Below are positions 1-11,280 of a stretch of 31,847 nucleotides of DNA, piece after piece (the stretch's first letter is position 1; each line of letters starts with the position of its first letter). Position numbers and translations under genes: made by a program. The stretch comes from Octopus sinensis (lineage: Eukaryota): contig NW_021829624.1 in assembly GCF_006345805.1 (NCBI RefSeq), forward strand, positions 1 through 31,847, given 5' to 3'. The notes below the pieces were generated by a model. The model saw only the letters and a list, made by a program, of their open reading frames with translations. It searched no databases and was not told the origin of the DNA.

Positions 1-73
1 TGTGTATGGATATATGTGTGAGGTGTATATATATATATATGTATATACCACATGTGTATGGATATATGTGTGA

Positions 74-111
<38 letters not shown>

Positions 112-438
112 GTATATTGTATACATACATATACAACTGTGGCATGTTTTTGATTGATAATCTCAGATTAAATGTAGGAAATTATATAAGCAATCAATAA
201 CAGGTATTTTGAAAAAGATAAATAAAGTTCTAAATTCGAAATAAAAAAAAACATCTTCAATATTTTTGAATAACATTCATGCGTATTTTTGACTGCTTTC
301 TTTTAAATTCCAAAATTAAATTATTTTTCAGAAAAAAAAAAAGGATAAAGCCCTAAAATAAAAATTAGATGAAATTGGTGAATTGAATTATAAATTTAAA
401 ATGAATTTTGGGGTTAGGGGTAGAGGGGAGGGGCTCCT

Positions 439-474
<36 letters not shown>

Positions 475-684
475 GGGGAGATCAAAATTTTTAATCTCTG
501 ATGTAGGAAACATATAAATTGGAAGAAATTTTTCGTGGGGGCGTATAAAATAGAAATGAGGAAAAGAGGTCAAGTAATGAGATTGTGTGTGCCCTATTTG
601 ACATGCTTGACTGCATATTGCTAGACACAAGAATAAGGGGTCAATATTTGCACACTCTGCGATCGTAAGTCAAAAGTATGCCAA

Positions 685-716
<32 letters not shown>

Positions 717-1011
717 ATACACACACACGTACATATATTCACGCATACATATGTAGACGTAGATACGTATGTATCTATGCACACAGGTATACATACACAC
801 ACACACACACATATATATATATGTGTGTGTGTGTATGTATATATATGTGTATATATGTGTGTGTGTGTATGCATATATATATGTTTATATGTGTGTGTAT
901 ATATATATGTATATATATGTGTGTGTGTATATATATGTATAATTATATGTGCGTGTGTGTTTGTGTATGCATATATATATGTTTATATATGTGTGTATAT
1001 ATATGTATATA

Positions 1012-1043
<32 letters not shown>

Positions 1044-1168
1044 TATATATGTGCGTGTGTGTGTGTGTGTGTATGCATATATATATGTTTATATATGTGT
1101 GTGTGTATATATATGTATATATATATGTGTGTGTGTGTGTATGATGTATCTGTGTGTGTATATATATG

Positions 1169-1213
<45 letters not shown>

Positions 1214-1280
1214 GTGTGTGTGTGTATAGATATTCATGCACACACACACATACACGCGCACACACACACATACAAACCAT
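685..1280. repeat. Compound (TG)n/(TA)n microsatellite
   Basis: Direct reading; source of the C/V/Y/I-rich ORFs. Confidence 0.95.
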
Positions 1281-1379
1281 GAGTTGCTATTTATATGTTA
1301 GTTAAGGGTTATTAAAGTATCATCGAAAACCAAAAGAAAAAAAAGGCAAACAAATGATAATAATAATAATGATTTCAAA

Positions 1380-1550
1380 TGTTTGGCATGAGTCCATATA
1401 AAGTTCAAGGAAAGGGGACAAGTCGATTACATCGACCCCAGGGTCTCGCTGGTACTTAATTTATCGACCTCGAAAGGATGAAAGGCAAAGTCGACCTCAA
1501 CGGAAATTTGGACTCACAACGTAAAGACGGACGAAATTGCCGCTAAGCAT
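1380..1550 (-). mobile_element. tRNA-derived SINE family 1, type-B tail, 5'-truncated
   Basis: Reverse complement matches the family-1 body seen at 14591-14820 (GTCGACTTTGCCTTTCATCCTTTCG..GTCGATAAATTAAGTACCAG); A-box head missing next to an AAT tract. Confidence 0.8.
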
Positions 1551-1576
1551 AATAATAATAATGATAATGATAATAA

Positions 1577-1990
1577 TTAATTCGTTTATTGGCCCCAAGG
1601 GGCTGACAAAAATCAATTATAACATAAAGGGTCAAAAACACAGGGCGAAAGTTACAAAGGGTTTTGTCCGTTTGAATAATGTCCGTGTACAAAAGTAGGA
1701 TAACAATGAAAAACTCCAAAAAAAATGAGGCGCTTCGAAAGGTTACTCGTGGAAAACCCCATGAAAGCCACGGGAGCCTGGTCAAAAGTGGGTAGAGAGC
1801 CCCTTTCTCCTTTCTCCTTGCGACATTCTCCCACCTTTCAATAAACTTGCTACCAGACAGCACTTCCCTCTCTACTCCCATCTTCCTTTTCAAATGAAAC
1901 TTGAAAAAGTTGATGAGGCCTTGGCCAAAGAGGAAAGTGTCTGACCTTAGCCCTTTCAAACGGGTTCCACAATATCACCTCTTTCGCTAT
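1577..1990 (-). mobile_element. 5'-truncated L1/Tx1-type LINE 3' end, copy A
   Basis: Minus strand encodes AKEVILW..LKGLRSDTFLFGQGLINFFKFHLKRKMGVEREVLSGSKFIERW, resembling the ORF2 C-terminus (AKxxIW..R; FxxRW) of Tx1/L1 elements; 3' end AATAAA then (TTA)n tail; flanked by AATGATAATGATAATAAT. Confidence 0.65.
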
Positions 1991-2022
1991 AATGATAATG
2001 ATAATAATAATGAAAATAATAG

Positions 2023-3036
2023 TTAATTCGTTTATTGGCCACAAGGGCTAACAAAAATCAATTAAAACATAAAGGGACAAAACAGGACGAAAAGTTACAA
2101 AGGGTTTTGTCCGTTTTCAAAAATCCGTGTAAAAATCAGTGTAACAACGAAAATATGTAACAAATAGAACTCCCAAAAGGGGGAGGTGCTTCGAAAGGTT
2201 ACTCGTGGAAAAACCCATAAAAGCCACGGGAGCCTGGTCAAAAGGGGGTAGAGAGCCCCTTTCTCCTTTTATATTTCCTTTTAATTCTCACAGGTGTATC
2301 CTCAGAATTGGTCTACTCATACTGGCCATTCTTGCGACATTCACCCACCTTTCAATAAACTTGCTACCAGACAGCACTTCCCTCTCTACCCTCATCTTCC
2401 TTTTCAAGTGAAACTTGAAAAAGTTGATGAGGCCTTGGCCAAAGAGGAAAGTGTCTGACTTTAGCCCTTTCAAACGGGAGTCCTTGGCCAAAGAGGAAAG
2501 TGTCTGACCTTAGCCCTTTCAAACGGGAAGCCTTGGCCAAAGAGGAAAGTGTCTGACTTTAGCCCTTTCAAACGGGAAGCCTTGGCCAAAGAGGAAAGTG
2601 TCTGACTTTATCCCTTTCAAACGGGAAGCCTTGGCCAAAGAGGAAAGTGTCTGACCTTAGCCCTTTCAAACGGGAGACCTTGGCCAAAGGAAAGTGTCTG
2701 ACCTTAGCCCTTTCAAACGGGAGACCTTGGCCAAAGGAAAGTATCTGACCTTAGCCCTTTCAAACGGGAGGCCTTGGCCAAAGAGGAAAGTGTCTGAACT
2801 TAGCCCTTTCAAACGGGAGGCCTTGGCCAAAGGAAAGTGTCTGACTTTCGCCCTTTCAAACGGGAGGCCTTGGTCAAAGAGGAGAGTGTCTGACTTTCGC
2901 CCTTTCAAACGGGAGGCCTTGGCCAAAGAGGAATGTGTCTGACCTTAGCCCTTTCAAACGGGAGGCCTTGGCCAAAGAGGAAAGTGTCTGACCATAGCCC
3001 TTTCAAACGGGTCCACCATATCACCTCTTTCGCTAT
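2023..3036 (-). mobile_element. 5'-truncated L1/Tx1-type LINE 3' end, copy B, with internal minisatellite
   Basis: Same 5' breakpoint (IAKEVIWW) and 3' end as copy A; ORF2 end ...FHLKRKMRVEREVLSGSKFIERWVNVARMASMSRPILRIHL* (stop 2288-2290); retains a segment of about 55 bp deleted in copy A. Confidence 0.65.
2433..3011. repeat. Minisatellite, 12 x 47-49 bp
   Basis: Unit CCTTGGCCAAAGAGGAAAGTGTCTGAC(C/T)TTAGCCCTTTCAAACGGGAG(G) starts at 2433, 2482, 2531, 2580, 2629, 2678, 2725, 2772, 2821, 2868, 2917, 2966; 47-bp units lack AG. Present once in copy A. Confidence 0.97.
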
Positions 3037-3078
3037 AATGATAATGATAATAATAATAACGAAAATAGGGTCACTCAC

Positions 3079-3189
3079 CTTACAGCCAGTAATGCTATGA
3101 CTTGCCAATTCCACGCGTGCAAATGTACCTTTGCCCAAAGTTTGTCCTTCCATAACGTAACGTCCAATACATTGTATCTTTTTGCCCAT
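3079..3189 (-). CDS. First coding exon of an AMPK-related (CAMK group; HUNK/MARK/SIK-like) Ser/Thr protein kinase; remaining exons lie left of the window
   Basis: Translates MGKKIQCIGRYVMEGQTLGKGTFARVELASHSITGCK (37 codons): IGxY, Gly-rich loop LGKGTFARV and LAxHxxTG typical of kinase subdomain I. ATG in GCCATGG context, in-frame TAA 5 codons upstream, exon ends AAG|GTGAGT (phase 0, just before the expected VAIK). Candidate acceptors at 3227-3228 (ttattatgtctacAG) and 3192-3193. Confidence 0.88.
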
Positions 3190-3562
3190 GGCTGTAGTTA
3201 TTTAAACTGGTAACCGTTTCGTTCTTCTGTAGACATAATAACCATCCATGTTTAGAATGAATCAAAACCTTTCGATTTTTTTCTTTTTTTTTTTTAATCT
3301 GTCGTATTTTTTGATTATTTTTTTGTATGATTTATTCGTTCCTGCGGAAAGAGAGAGAGAGAGTGTTTCTATGCTTCTCCCCTTACACAAGTTTGGTTAG
3401 GTTTATTATTATCGAGGGCTGCCTGCTTTCTCTCCGTTATGTAATTAAATCCTGGCTCTTGTATATTTTCCAGGGTATATCGTATACACATCATATATAT
3501 ATAATATATAATATGCATATACACATACATATATATATATGTATATATTAACCTCCACTTAC

Positions 3563-3620
3563 AGCTCTACCGACCTTATCGTCTGCTTCTTTGAATCCTA
3601 TCTGTCGTCTGCTCAAATAT
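3563..3620 (-). other. Probable non-coding 5'UTR exon of the kinase gene (5' boundary uncertain)
   Basis: Short unique-sequence island between TA microsatellites ending in the consensus donor GAGCT|GTAAGT (intron starts 3562); pairs with the acceptor at 3227-3228 to give a 336-nt intron. Confidence 0.4.
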
Positions 3621-4663
3621 AAATCGTTTGCTTTTTAAAATCAATTCTTGTCACTCAAAAAATTTATTAAATATTTTTTTATATTTAAGATAAATAATTA
3701 ATACATATATATATATTTATTCAATATATATATCTTTTTCTTTTTTCGTTTGTTTCTTTATTTGGTTTTAATGTCTGTGTTTTATTTGTGTGTTTGTTTA
3801 TGTATGTATATAAATATATATATAAATATATATATTTATATATATATATACACACACATATATAAAATTTACACACACACACACTTGTATTTAATATTTG
3901 TAAATTTATAATATTGCTTTTTTGAAAAAAATTCACTCATAAATATGCGTGTACAATATGTGTTAAGTGTGTCAGTATGCACCTGTATATAATATATACA
4001 CAGACATTCATACAAATATATACCATATATCATATATATATATATGTATATATATATATTAGTCAATATTTTTTCGAATGGATTGATTTATGCGTATTTG
4101 TATGTGTATATGCATGCAAATATAGATATATTTTTTATTTTTGTGTATGTGTGTATGCGTATATATATGGCTGTATTTATCAGTGTGTGTGTATAAAGAA
4201 AGAAAGAGAGAGAGAGATAGATAGAGGGGGAGGGGGACTTAGAATCAGATTTCAAATTAATGTTATGTATGTGTCTTAATGTGTTTTTTTTTTCTACGTG
4301 TGTATTTCTAAATGAGGAAGAGATTGTGGTGTTGTTCGTATATCTATATGTCTTTCATCGTATAAGTGTATTTTGTTTTTGTATTTGTGTTTGGTGTGCA
4401 ACGATGTCCGTGTATACGTGTGTATATATAGATATTTATATTTATATCGACCTATATGTGCGTGTATTAATGTTTTCCTTGAATCCATCTCAATGGTGTC
4501 TCTAGCTATGCATCATGGCCGACAAGTGTAACACCAACCGCCCCCCGAGAAAACATTTTTGATAATGGCTACATGCTGACAGTGAAATCCCCCGCTTTAT
4601 TATTTTTTATTATTACACTCAGAATTTAACCAGACAAATTTCCATCCATGTTGGGGGAAGAAG

Positions 4664-5503
4664 CTACGTTGCTGCAGTTTCCTTTGTCTTAGCTATGGGT
4701 ATTGATAATAAGTGGGCTATCTTATTGGTTTCGTTTCGTTTTGTTTGTATGCTATTTTGGTCATAAAAGCTTGCGGTCGTGTTTGTGGTTGTGGTTGTGG
4801 TTATATTTGATGTGGTTAGGGATGATGTAGTTACTGTTCGCGATGCAGGTGTTTTTGATATAATACATGGCCGACTGAAGCTTTGTAAATCATGTGGGTC
4901 ATGATGATGATGATGATGGTGATGAAGGTGATGTTGATGATAATGGTGATGATGTACTTGATGGTTTTGTTGCTGTAGTGATGAAGATGAAGGTGTCGGT
5001 GGTGGTGGTGGTGGTAATGCTAATTGTAGTATTGGTTGTGGTGGTGTTGGTGTTGGTGGTCGCTGTGGCTGTTGTTCTTGCAGTGATGATGGTGATACTA
5101 GTTTTTTTGTTGTTGTTGTTGTTATTGGAGGTGGTGGTTGTGGTGTTTGCTGCTGTTGTTGTTGCAATGACGGTGTTTGTTGTATAGGCTGCAGTTGTTG
5201 ATGTTGTACTTGTAGTGGTGTTGATTTCGATGGTAATGGTGCAAGCTGTATTGGTGGTGGCGGTGGTAGTGTTGGTGGTAGTAGATCTAACAATAACAGC
5301 GGATGGTATTCATGTGGGGACGGTGGTGGTGGTGTTGTTGTTGTTGATGATGTTGATGATGATGATGAAGATGTCGATGGTGGTGAATGAATTTGTTGTT
5401 GTCCCTGTTGATGTAGTAGTTGTTGTTGTGGTGGTGGTGGTGGCGGTGGTTGCTGTTGAAGCTGTGGCTTAAGAAGTGGTGGTGCGTTGTCGAATTGTAA
5501 TTT
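4664..5503 (-). CDS. Putative terminal exon of a Gln/Pro/His/Thr/Ser-rich low-complexity protein
   Basis: About 280 open codons built only from in-frame trinucleotide repeats (polyQ, polyP, polyH, polyT, polyS), in contrast to flanking dinucleotide repeats; acceptor-like acacgccAG|AAA at 5504-5505 in phase 0; stop TAG 4664-4666; AATAAA at 4596-4601. No recognisable domain. The N-terminal part of the tracked ORF (5504-5719) is CA/TA repeat. Confidence 0.45.
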   Translation of the reverse strand, partial: KLQFDNAPPLLKPQLQQQPPPPPPPQQQLLHQQGQQQIHSPPSTSSSSSSTSSTTTTPPPPSPHEYHPLLLLDLLPPTLPPPPPIQLAPLPSKSTPLQVQHQQLQPIQQTPSLQQQQQQTPQPPPPITTTTTKKLVSPSSLQEQQPQRPPTPTPPQPILQLALPPPPPPTPSSSSLQQQNHQVHHHHYHQHHLHHHHHHHHDPHDLQSFSRPCIISKTPASRTVTTSSLTTSNITTTTTTNTTASFYDQNSIQTKRNETNKIAHLLSIPIAKTKETAAT

Positions 5504-7099
5504 CTGGCGTGTATGTATTATAATCAAGAGATCGTTGTGTGCGCTATATGGTGGATATGTAGGAAAAATACATCTGTTTGTAAATGTATTTCTGCTTGTG
5601 TCTATGTATGCGTGGTGTGTATGCGTACACGTACATGTATATGTTGTATAGGTGTGTGTAGGTGTAGGTGTATGTGTATGTATAGATGTGTGTGTATGCG
5701 TGTGCATGTGTGTAATCACACAACAAAAGGTGAAATTGCTACGACATTCCGTTCATAAGAATTGGCAAAGAGAAAGATGATTTTTTTTACACATATACAC
5801 ACATAAGTATGCATATATATATACGTATGTATATTTTTATATATATATATCCAAAGAGCAGAAGAAATTGGTTGGTTAGTTGCTTGGTTGGTTGGTTGCT
5901 TGCTTGCTTGCTAGATTGGTAGATAGAGTGGTCAATTGGTAATAATAGTATCTTTTTCTCCAAATATAATTTTTCTATTATATACAACAGTGACGATTTT
6001 ACATATATATATTATATATATGAAGGTAAAAATGTGTCAATCCTCTTTTAAGAATATATCCACATTTCCAAGTAACAGGAGACAAAGCATGTTGTTATCA
6101 TATACAGTAAATAACTCCTCATATATACACATATATATCTTCAATATTATATATCTGTATCTATATATATATATATATGATATATATATATAGTGTATAT
6201 ATGTACGTGTGTGCGCGCGCGTGTTCCTTTAGAGGCAGATGATGATGAAGACGGGGATAGTGATGATGATGATGGTGATGGTGATGATGGTGATGAAGAT
6301 GATGGTGGTGATGATGTGATGACGACGATGACGATGGTGGTGATATTTATGACGGTGTTACTTAATGGTAGGAAAAAATAAAAATGACACCCTTGAAAGG
6401 ACTTGTTGATGTTTCCTTGTGAATCGTCGTTGCTGTTAAATTATCCCTGTTGCGACGCCGCCGAGGTATCTTTTGATGGAGAAAGACAGAGATGTGGAAA
6501 TGTGTGGTGGGAAAACAGGTACCCCCGCCACCGAAAAAACAAGTGGATAAAACGGTAACAACAATAATAACAGCAATAATAATAATAATAATAATAATAG
6601 TAATAATAATAATAGTAATGATAACAATGAAAATAATGAATATAATAATAATAATAATGTCAGAGAGATCCCACCTGAATGAAACGGGGTGGTGGTCGTG
6701 AGATGAAGGGTATTCTGGTGGTGGGGAAGATTAAGGATGGGAGGGTGGAGGCGACGGCGGTGGAAGAATGGAGAAAATATAGAAAAAATATCTGACCTCC
6801 TTACCCCCCCAAGGAAAAAGCAAGGGTGTATGATATATGAAATAAAGTGTAAAATATAAAACGAAATAAGATAGGGGTGGTGGGAAAAAGGGGTTAAGAA
6901 AGTCGCGCCAAATTCATCATCGGAAGCCATTTAAGAGAAGGCCGCGTAAATAGAGATAAAATATGGACATATTTTCTGTTTGCTTCAGTTTGAAATCCTG
7001 CGTCAAAAACTCCAACTACACCCAGTTCAATAGAGGCAGTGTTCATTTTTCTTCCATACGAGAATGATGGCGAGAGCTATGATCGATCGATTTTCTTTT

Positions 7100-7604
7100 T
7101 TTTTTTTGTATCTGAGAGAGGGGGCGGCCGGGAGAGGAGAGACAGATAGAGAGAAAGAGAGAGGAGGAGGGGGAAGAGAGTGTGTATGATTGAGTGAAGG
7201 AAAGGGTAGGAGGGGGATTCAGTGAAATAAACAGAGAGAGAGAGAGAGAGGAGGGGGAAGAGAGTGTATGATTGAGTGAAGGAAAGGGTAGGAGGGGGAT
7301 TCAGTGAAATAAACAGAGAGAGAGAGAGTGGGAGTGAGACTGTGTTTGTGATTGAGAGAAAGAGAGGAAGGAAGACTGAGTGAAATGAACGGAGATGAAG
7401 AGATATATAGGGAGAGTGAAAGAGTGTCTGATTGAGAGAGAAAGGGTGAGAGGGAGATTAAATGAAATTTATATAGAGAGGGAGGGAGACGGATAAAGAG
7501 AGAGAGAGAAAGAGTAGAGTAGAAGAGAGAGTTTGTGTGATTGAATGAGAGAAAGTGTGGGAGGGAGTTTGAGTGAGAAGTGTGTGTATATATGTATATA
7601 TATG

Positions 7605-7635
<31 letters not shown>

Positions 7636-10088
7636 TCAGAGAGGGAGGGGAGGGAAGGAGGGAGGAAGGAGAGTGAATGTTTGAATGAAAGCGAGAGTTG
7701 ATAAACAGATAGATTGGGTGGATGGTTGGATGGTTGGTCGGATGGTGAGTTAGATTGTTGGCTGGCTGGCTGGCTGTTCGATTTGATGAAGTTCGATGAA
7801 AGAGAGAGTGATTTATGGAGAAATACACACACACACACACATATGCACGTAAATATATATATATTTATATATATATAGGGAGAGAGAGAGAAAAAAGAGA
7901 AAGGATATATATTTATAAAGAGAGAATACATATATAGGCAAGAGAGACTGACAGACAGTGAGAGAGAGAGAGAGAGAGAAGTAGGAAAAGAGAGAGAGAA
8001 AAAGGAGAAAGGATATATATTTATAAAGAGAGAATACATATATAGGCAAGAGAGACTGACAGACAGTGAGATAGAGAGAGAGAGAGAGAGAGAAGTAGGA
8101 AAAGAGAGAGAGAGAAAAACACATTGAATGATTGGAAGCTGGTTGATTAGCTATATGAGAAATAGAGTGTAAGAGAAAGACAGGGAAAAACAATGAATGA
8201 ATGAGATATCGAAGTTAAAAAAAGGGAAAAGAAATAGTGTAGGAAAGAGAAAAGGAGCGTGTAGTTTATTGAAAGGGAGTTATATATATATAGAGAGAGA
8301 GAGAGAGAAAGAGAGAGAAATGGCGGACAGGTTGGTTGGATGGTGGTGGTGGTGGTGATGGTGGTGGATTAGAGCTGAATGGAGTCAAGAGAAAAGCGAC
8401 GAGTTACGATTTAGAAAGAGTAAGAGTAATTAAGAAAGGGAGAGGGGAAGGAGAGATTAATAAGGAGAGAAAGAGAGAGACTGGGAAATGTATCGGAGCT
8501 GCTGTATGAGTAAAGGGTGAAAGAGTGAGATTTGTTAAATAAGACGGGGGGAGGGGAAGGTAAGATTGATAGAGTGAGAGAGAGAGAGAGAGAGGAAGGG
8601 GTAGATAGATTAAAGAGGTGACACATGGGGAAAGGGGGAAAGTGAAAGTAGGTGTTGTAGAAGAAAGAGGAAGAGGAAGAGGAAGAGGAGTTTGATAGAG
8701 AGACAGGCAATGGAGGAGGAAGAAAGAGAGAGGAAGGTAGATAGATTAGGAAAATGTGTCGGAGTTACAACGTGGAGAAAGGGTGAAAGCGTAAGCGAGA
8801 GATGTGAAAGAAGAGGAGGGGGAAAAGGGGAAATTAATAGAGAGAGGAAGAGGGGAGAAAGAAAAGGTAAAGAGGTAGATAGATTAAGGGAATATATTGG
8901 GGAAGAGGCAACATGTGGAGAAAAAGTTAAAGAGAAAGCGAGCGAAGGGGAAGGAGAGCTTATTAGAGAGAAAGAAAGAGAGAGAAAGAGGGAGAGAGAG
9001 AGGTGGGGAGAAAGAGTGAGAAAAGTGGACGAATTAGAGATGCTACGCAGTGAAAGGGTGAAAGAATAAGCGAGCGTTGTGAAGGAAAGGGGGAAGAGGA
9101 AGGAGAGATTAAAAATGAAAGAGAGGCAGGTGTTTAGAGAAAGAGTAAAAAATGTCGGACTTGCGACATGGAGAGAGGACGATTCAAAGCTATTGATAAA
9201 TAAATAGAAAGTAAGTAATAGATTAAGACGAGGTTAGTGATGGAGTTAGACTGGTTTTACTGGAGAGTAAGAGGAACTGGAGCTTCAGAGAATGTAAGGA
9301 GATCAAGAGAGAGGGAGGGAGAGAGAAACAAAAGGAGAGGAAGAAAGAGAGAGGGAGAGAGAGGTAGATAGATTAAGAGAATATATTGGAGGTGACACGA
9401 AAGAAAGAGTGAGAATGTTGTGAGGTAGGGGAGGAGGAGGGAAATATATTGAAGAAGAGGGAGAGAGAAACAAAAGGAGAGGAAGAAAGAGAGAGGGAGA
9501 GAGAGGTAGATAGATTAAGAGAATATATTGGAGGTGACACGAAGAGAAAGAGTGAGAATGTTGTGAAGGTAGGGGAGGAGGAAGGGGAGAATATATTGAA
9601 GAAAGAGGGAGAGAGAAATAAATACACATATAGAAAGAGTCATAGGGAAGAAATATGTATTTAGTAGAGAAGAAGAGGAAATAAAGGTTGGAGAAAGAGA
9701 GAGAGAGAGAGAAAGAAGTAGAAGTTAATAGTGATAAATAAGAGAGAGTTAGTGAAAGAGACACAGGCAGAGAGAAATAGAGATACTAAGTGACAGAGAG
9801 AAAGAGAGAGAGAGTGAAGAAAGAAAAAGATAAAGAGAAACAGACGGGGTGAATGAAAGAGATAGACAAACAGAGTGAAATAGAGAGAGTGAGTGAGAGA
9901 TAGACAGAGAGAAATCGAGAGAGTGAGACAGAGAGAGAGTATGTAGTGGAGAGCAATGGCGGTGGAAAGATGAAGCGTTGTAGACGGGAAGAGAGAGAGA
10001 GAGAGAGAGACAGAGAGAGAAATAGTGCCGGAGTGATTTGAGAAATGGAAGGGAGTAACAAATGAAGAAAGAGAGAAAGAGAGAGAGA

Positions 10089-10144
<56 letters not shown>

Positions 10145-10772
10145 CAAATGTATTTGTGTTAGTGTACGTGTGTGTTTGAGGAAGAGTATGCGACGTTAGC
10201 TGCGACTTCAACAGATGGCGAAGAGTAAACGGGTGATGTTATATAGAGAGTAAATTTAGAGAAGATGGATATCTTAGAAGTAGTAGACAGAGGGAGAGAG
10301 AGAGAGAGAGCATTAGATAAAGAAAATGACAGACAACATGAGTAGGTAGAGGGTGAGGAATGAAATAACAGAGGCTAAGAAAGAGAGGGAGAGTGGGGAG
10401 AAAAGGAGAGAGAATGAGGACAGCGTTACAGTTTGGTGAGAGCACTGGAGAGTAATCGACTTTATTAACTGGAGAGGAAGGTTGATTGAGAGAAGCAACA
10501 GACGAGGAAATGATAATGAGAGAGAGAGAGATGGGGGGAGAGTGAGAAAGAAAAGCAAAGGTATAGAGAAGGATACAGTGGGAGAGGGAGAGAAAAGGGA
10601 GTGATAGAGAGAAAAAGCTAGGGAGGTTTGGAAAGTGAAAGAGAGATAGAACATGAGGGAGGGAGAAATAGAAGCTAAAGTCCTGGAGTGATATCGAGAG
10701 ACAGAGCCAGTTTAGAATGATAGAGGGTGAAAGACAGAGAGAGAGAGATAAGAAAGTGAGAGAGAGATTTAG

Positions 10773-10843
<71 letters not shown>

Positions 10844-11100
10844 AGAAAGAGAGGAGAGAGAGGAAGAGAGAGAGGGAGGTTTGGAGGGAGAAAGAGAGAC
10901 GGTTAAAGAGAACGAATGCGACTGGTTAGGATTTAGAAAGACAAAGCAAGCCAAACAGTTGGCAGGAGAGAAAATTTAATAAAGGAAGAAGACGAAGAAA
11001 TATCGACGGCTGGTTCACATTGAGAGAGGAACGGATAAAGCAATGGAGATTATTAGGTAAGAGAGAAAGAGATAGATGTCATAAGAATATGTTAAGAATA
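7100..11100. repeat. About 4 kb purine-rich (GA) low-complexity tract with internal tandem duplications and a (GATA)n block at about 10781-10840
   Basis: Plus strand overwhelmingly A/G; duplicated units start at 7167/7251 (84 bp), 7900/8008 (108 bp), 9315/9457/9605 (142-148 bp). Confidence 0.9.
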
Positions 11101-11280
11101 AAAAGAGGTAAGCTAAGGGAAGTAACTCTGATGGAACAATGGCATGAATTTTTAATTAGATAGAGGAAGGTGTTATACTGAATGTAAAGCACAAAAAAAA
11201 AACCATTCTTTATTTAAAATTTCCCCCTTGGTTAAAGAATAAAAATTCCTAGCGGCAGTTGATAGTGACAAGGGGAGATG

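Noticed and set aside
388-680. Kinase exon 2 candidate
   Set aside because: No minus-strand frame gives VAIK or any subdomain II-III motif.
678-1305. Cys/Val/Tyr/Ile- and His/Thr-rich ORFs here and throughout the track (also poly-Ile/Leu/Tyr at 17327-18909 and SIYL repeats)
   Set aside because: Translations of TA/TG, AAT and GATA microsatellites.
2433-3011. Regular 49-bp repeats as a CRISPR array
   Set aside because: Units are contiguous with no unique spacers, derive from a LINE ORF, and the DNA is eukaryotic. The same applies to the 183-bp SINE arrays.
4894-5472. Plus-strand Val/Asp-rich ORFs
   Set aside because: Antisense reading of the Gln/Pro/His-rich minus-strand frame.
6383-6469. 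Possible exon IPRRRRNRDNLTATTIHKETSTSPFK (minus) after acceptor tctttctccatcaaaAG
   Set aside because: Acceptor is plausible but the only donor (GTGTCA at 6390) is weak and its phase does not match the 5503 acceptor; no homology recognised.
6436-6930. ORF starting MASDDEFGATF
   Set aside because: Protein-like start, but no donor follows and the frame runs into a poly-Leu read of an (AAT)n tract.
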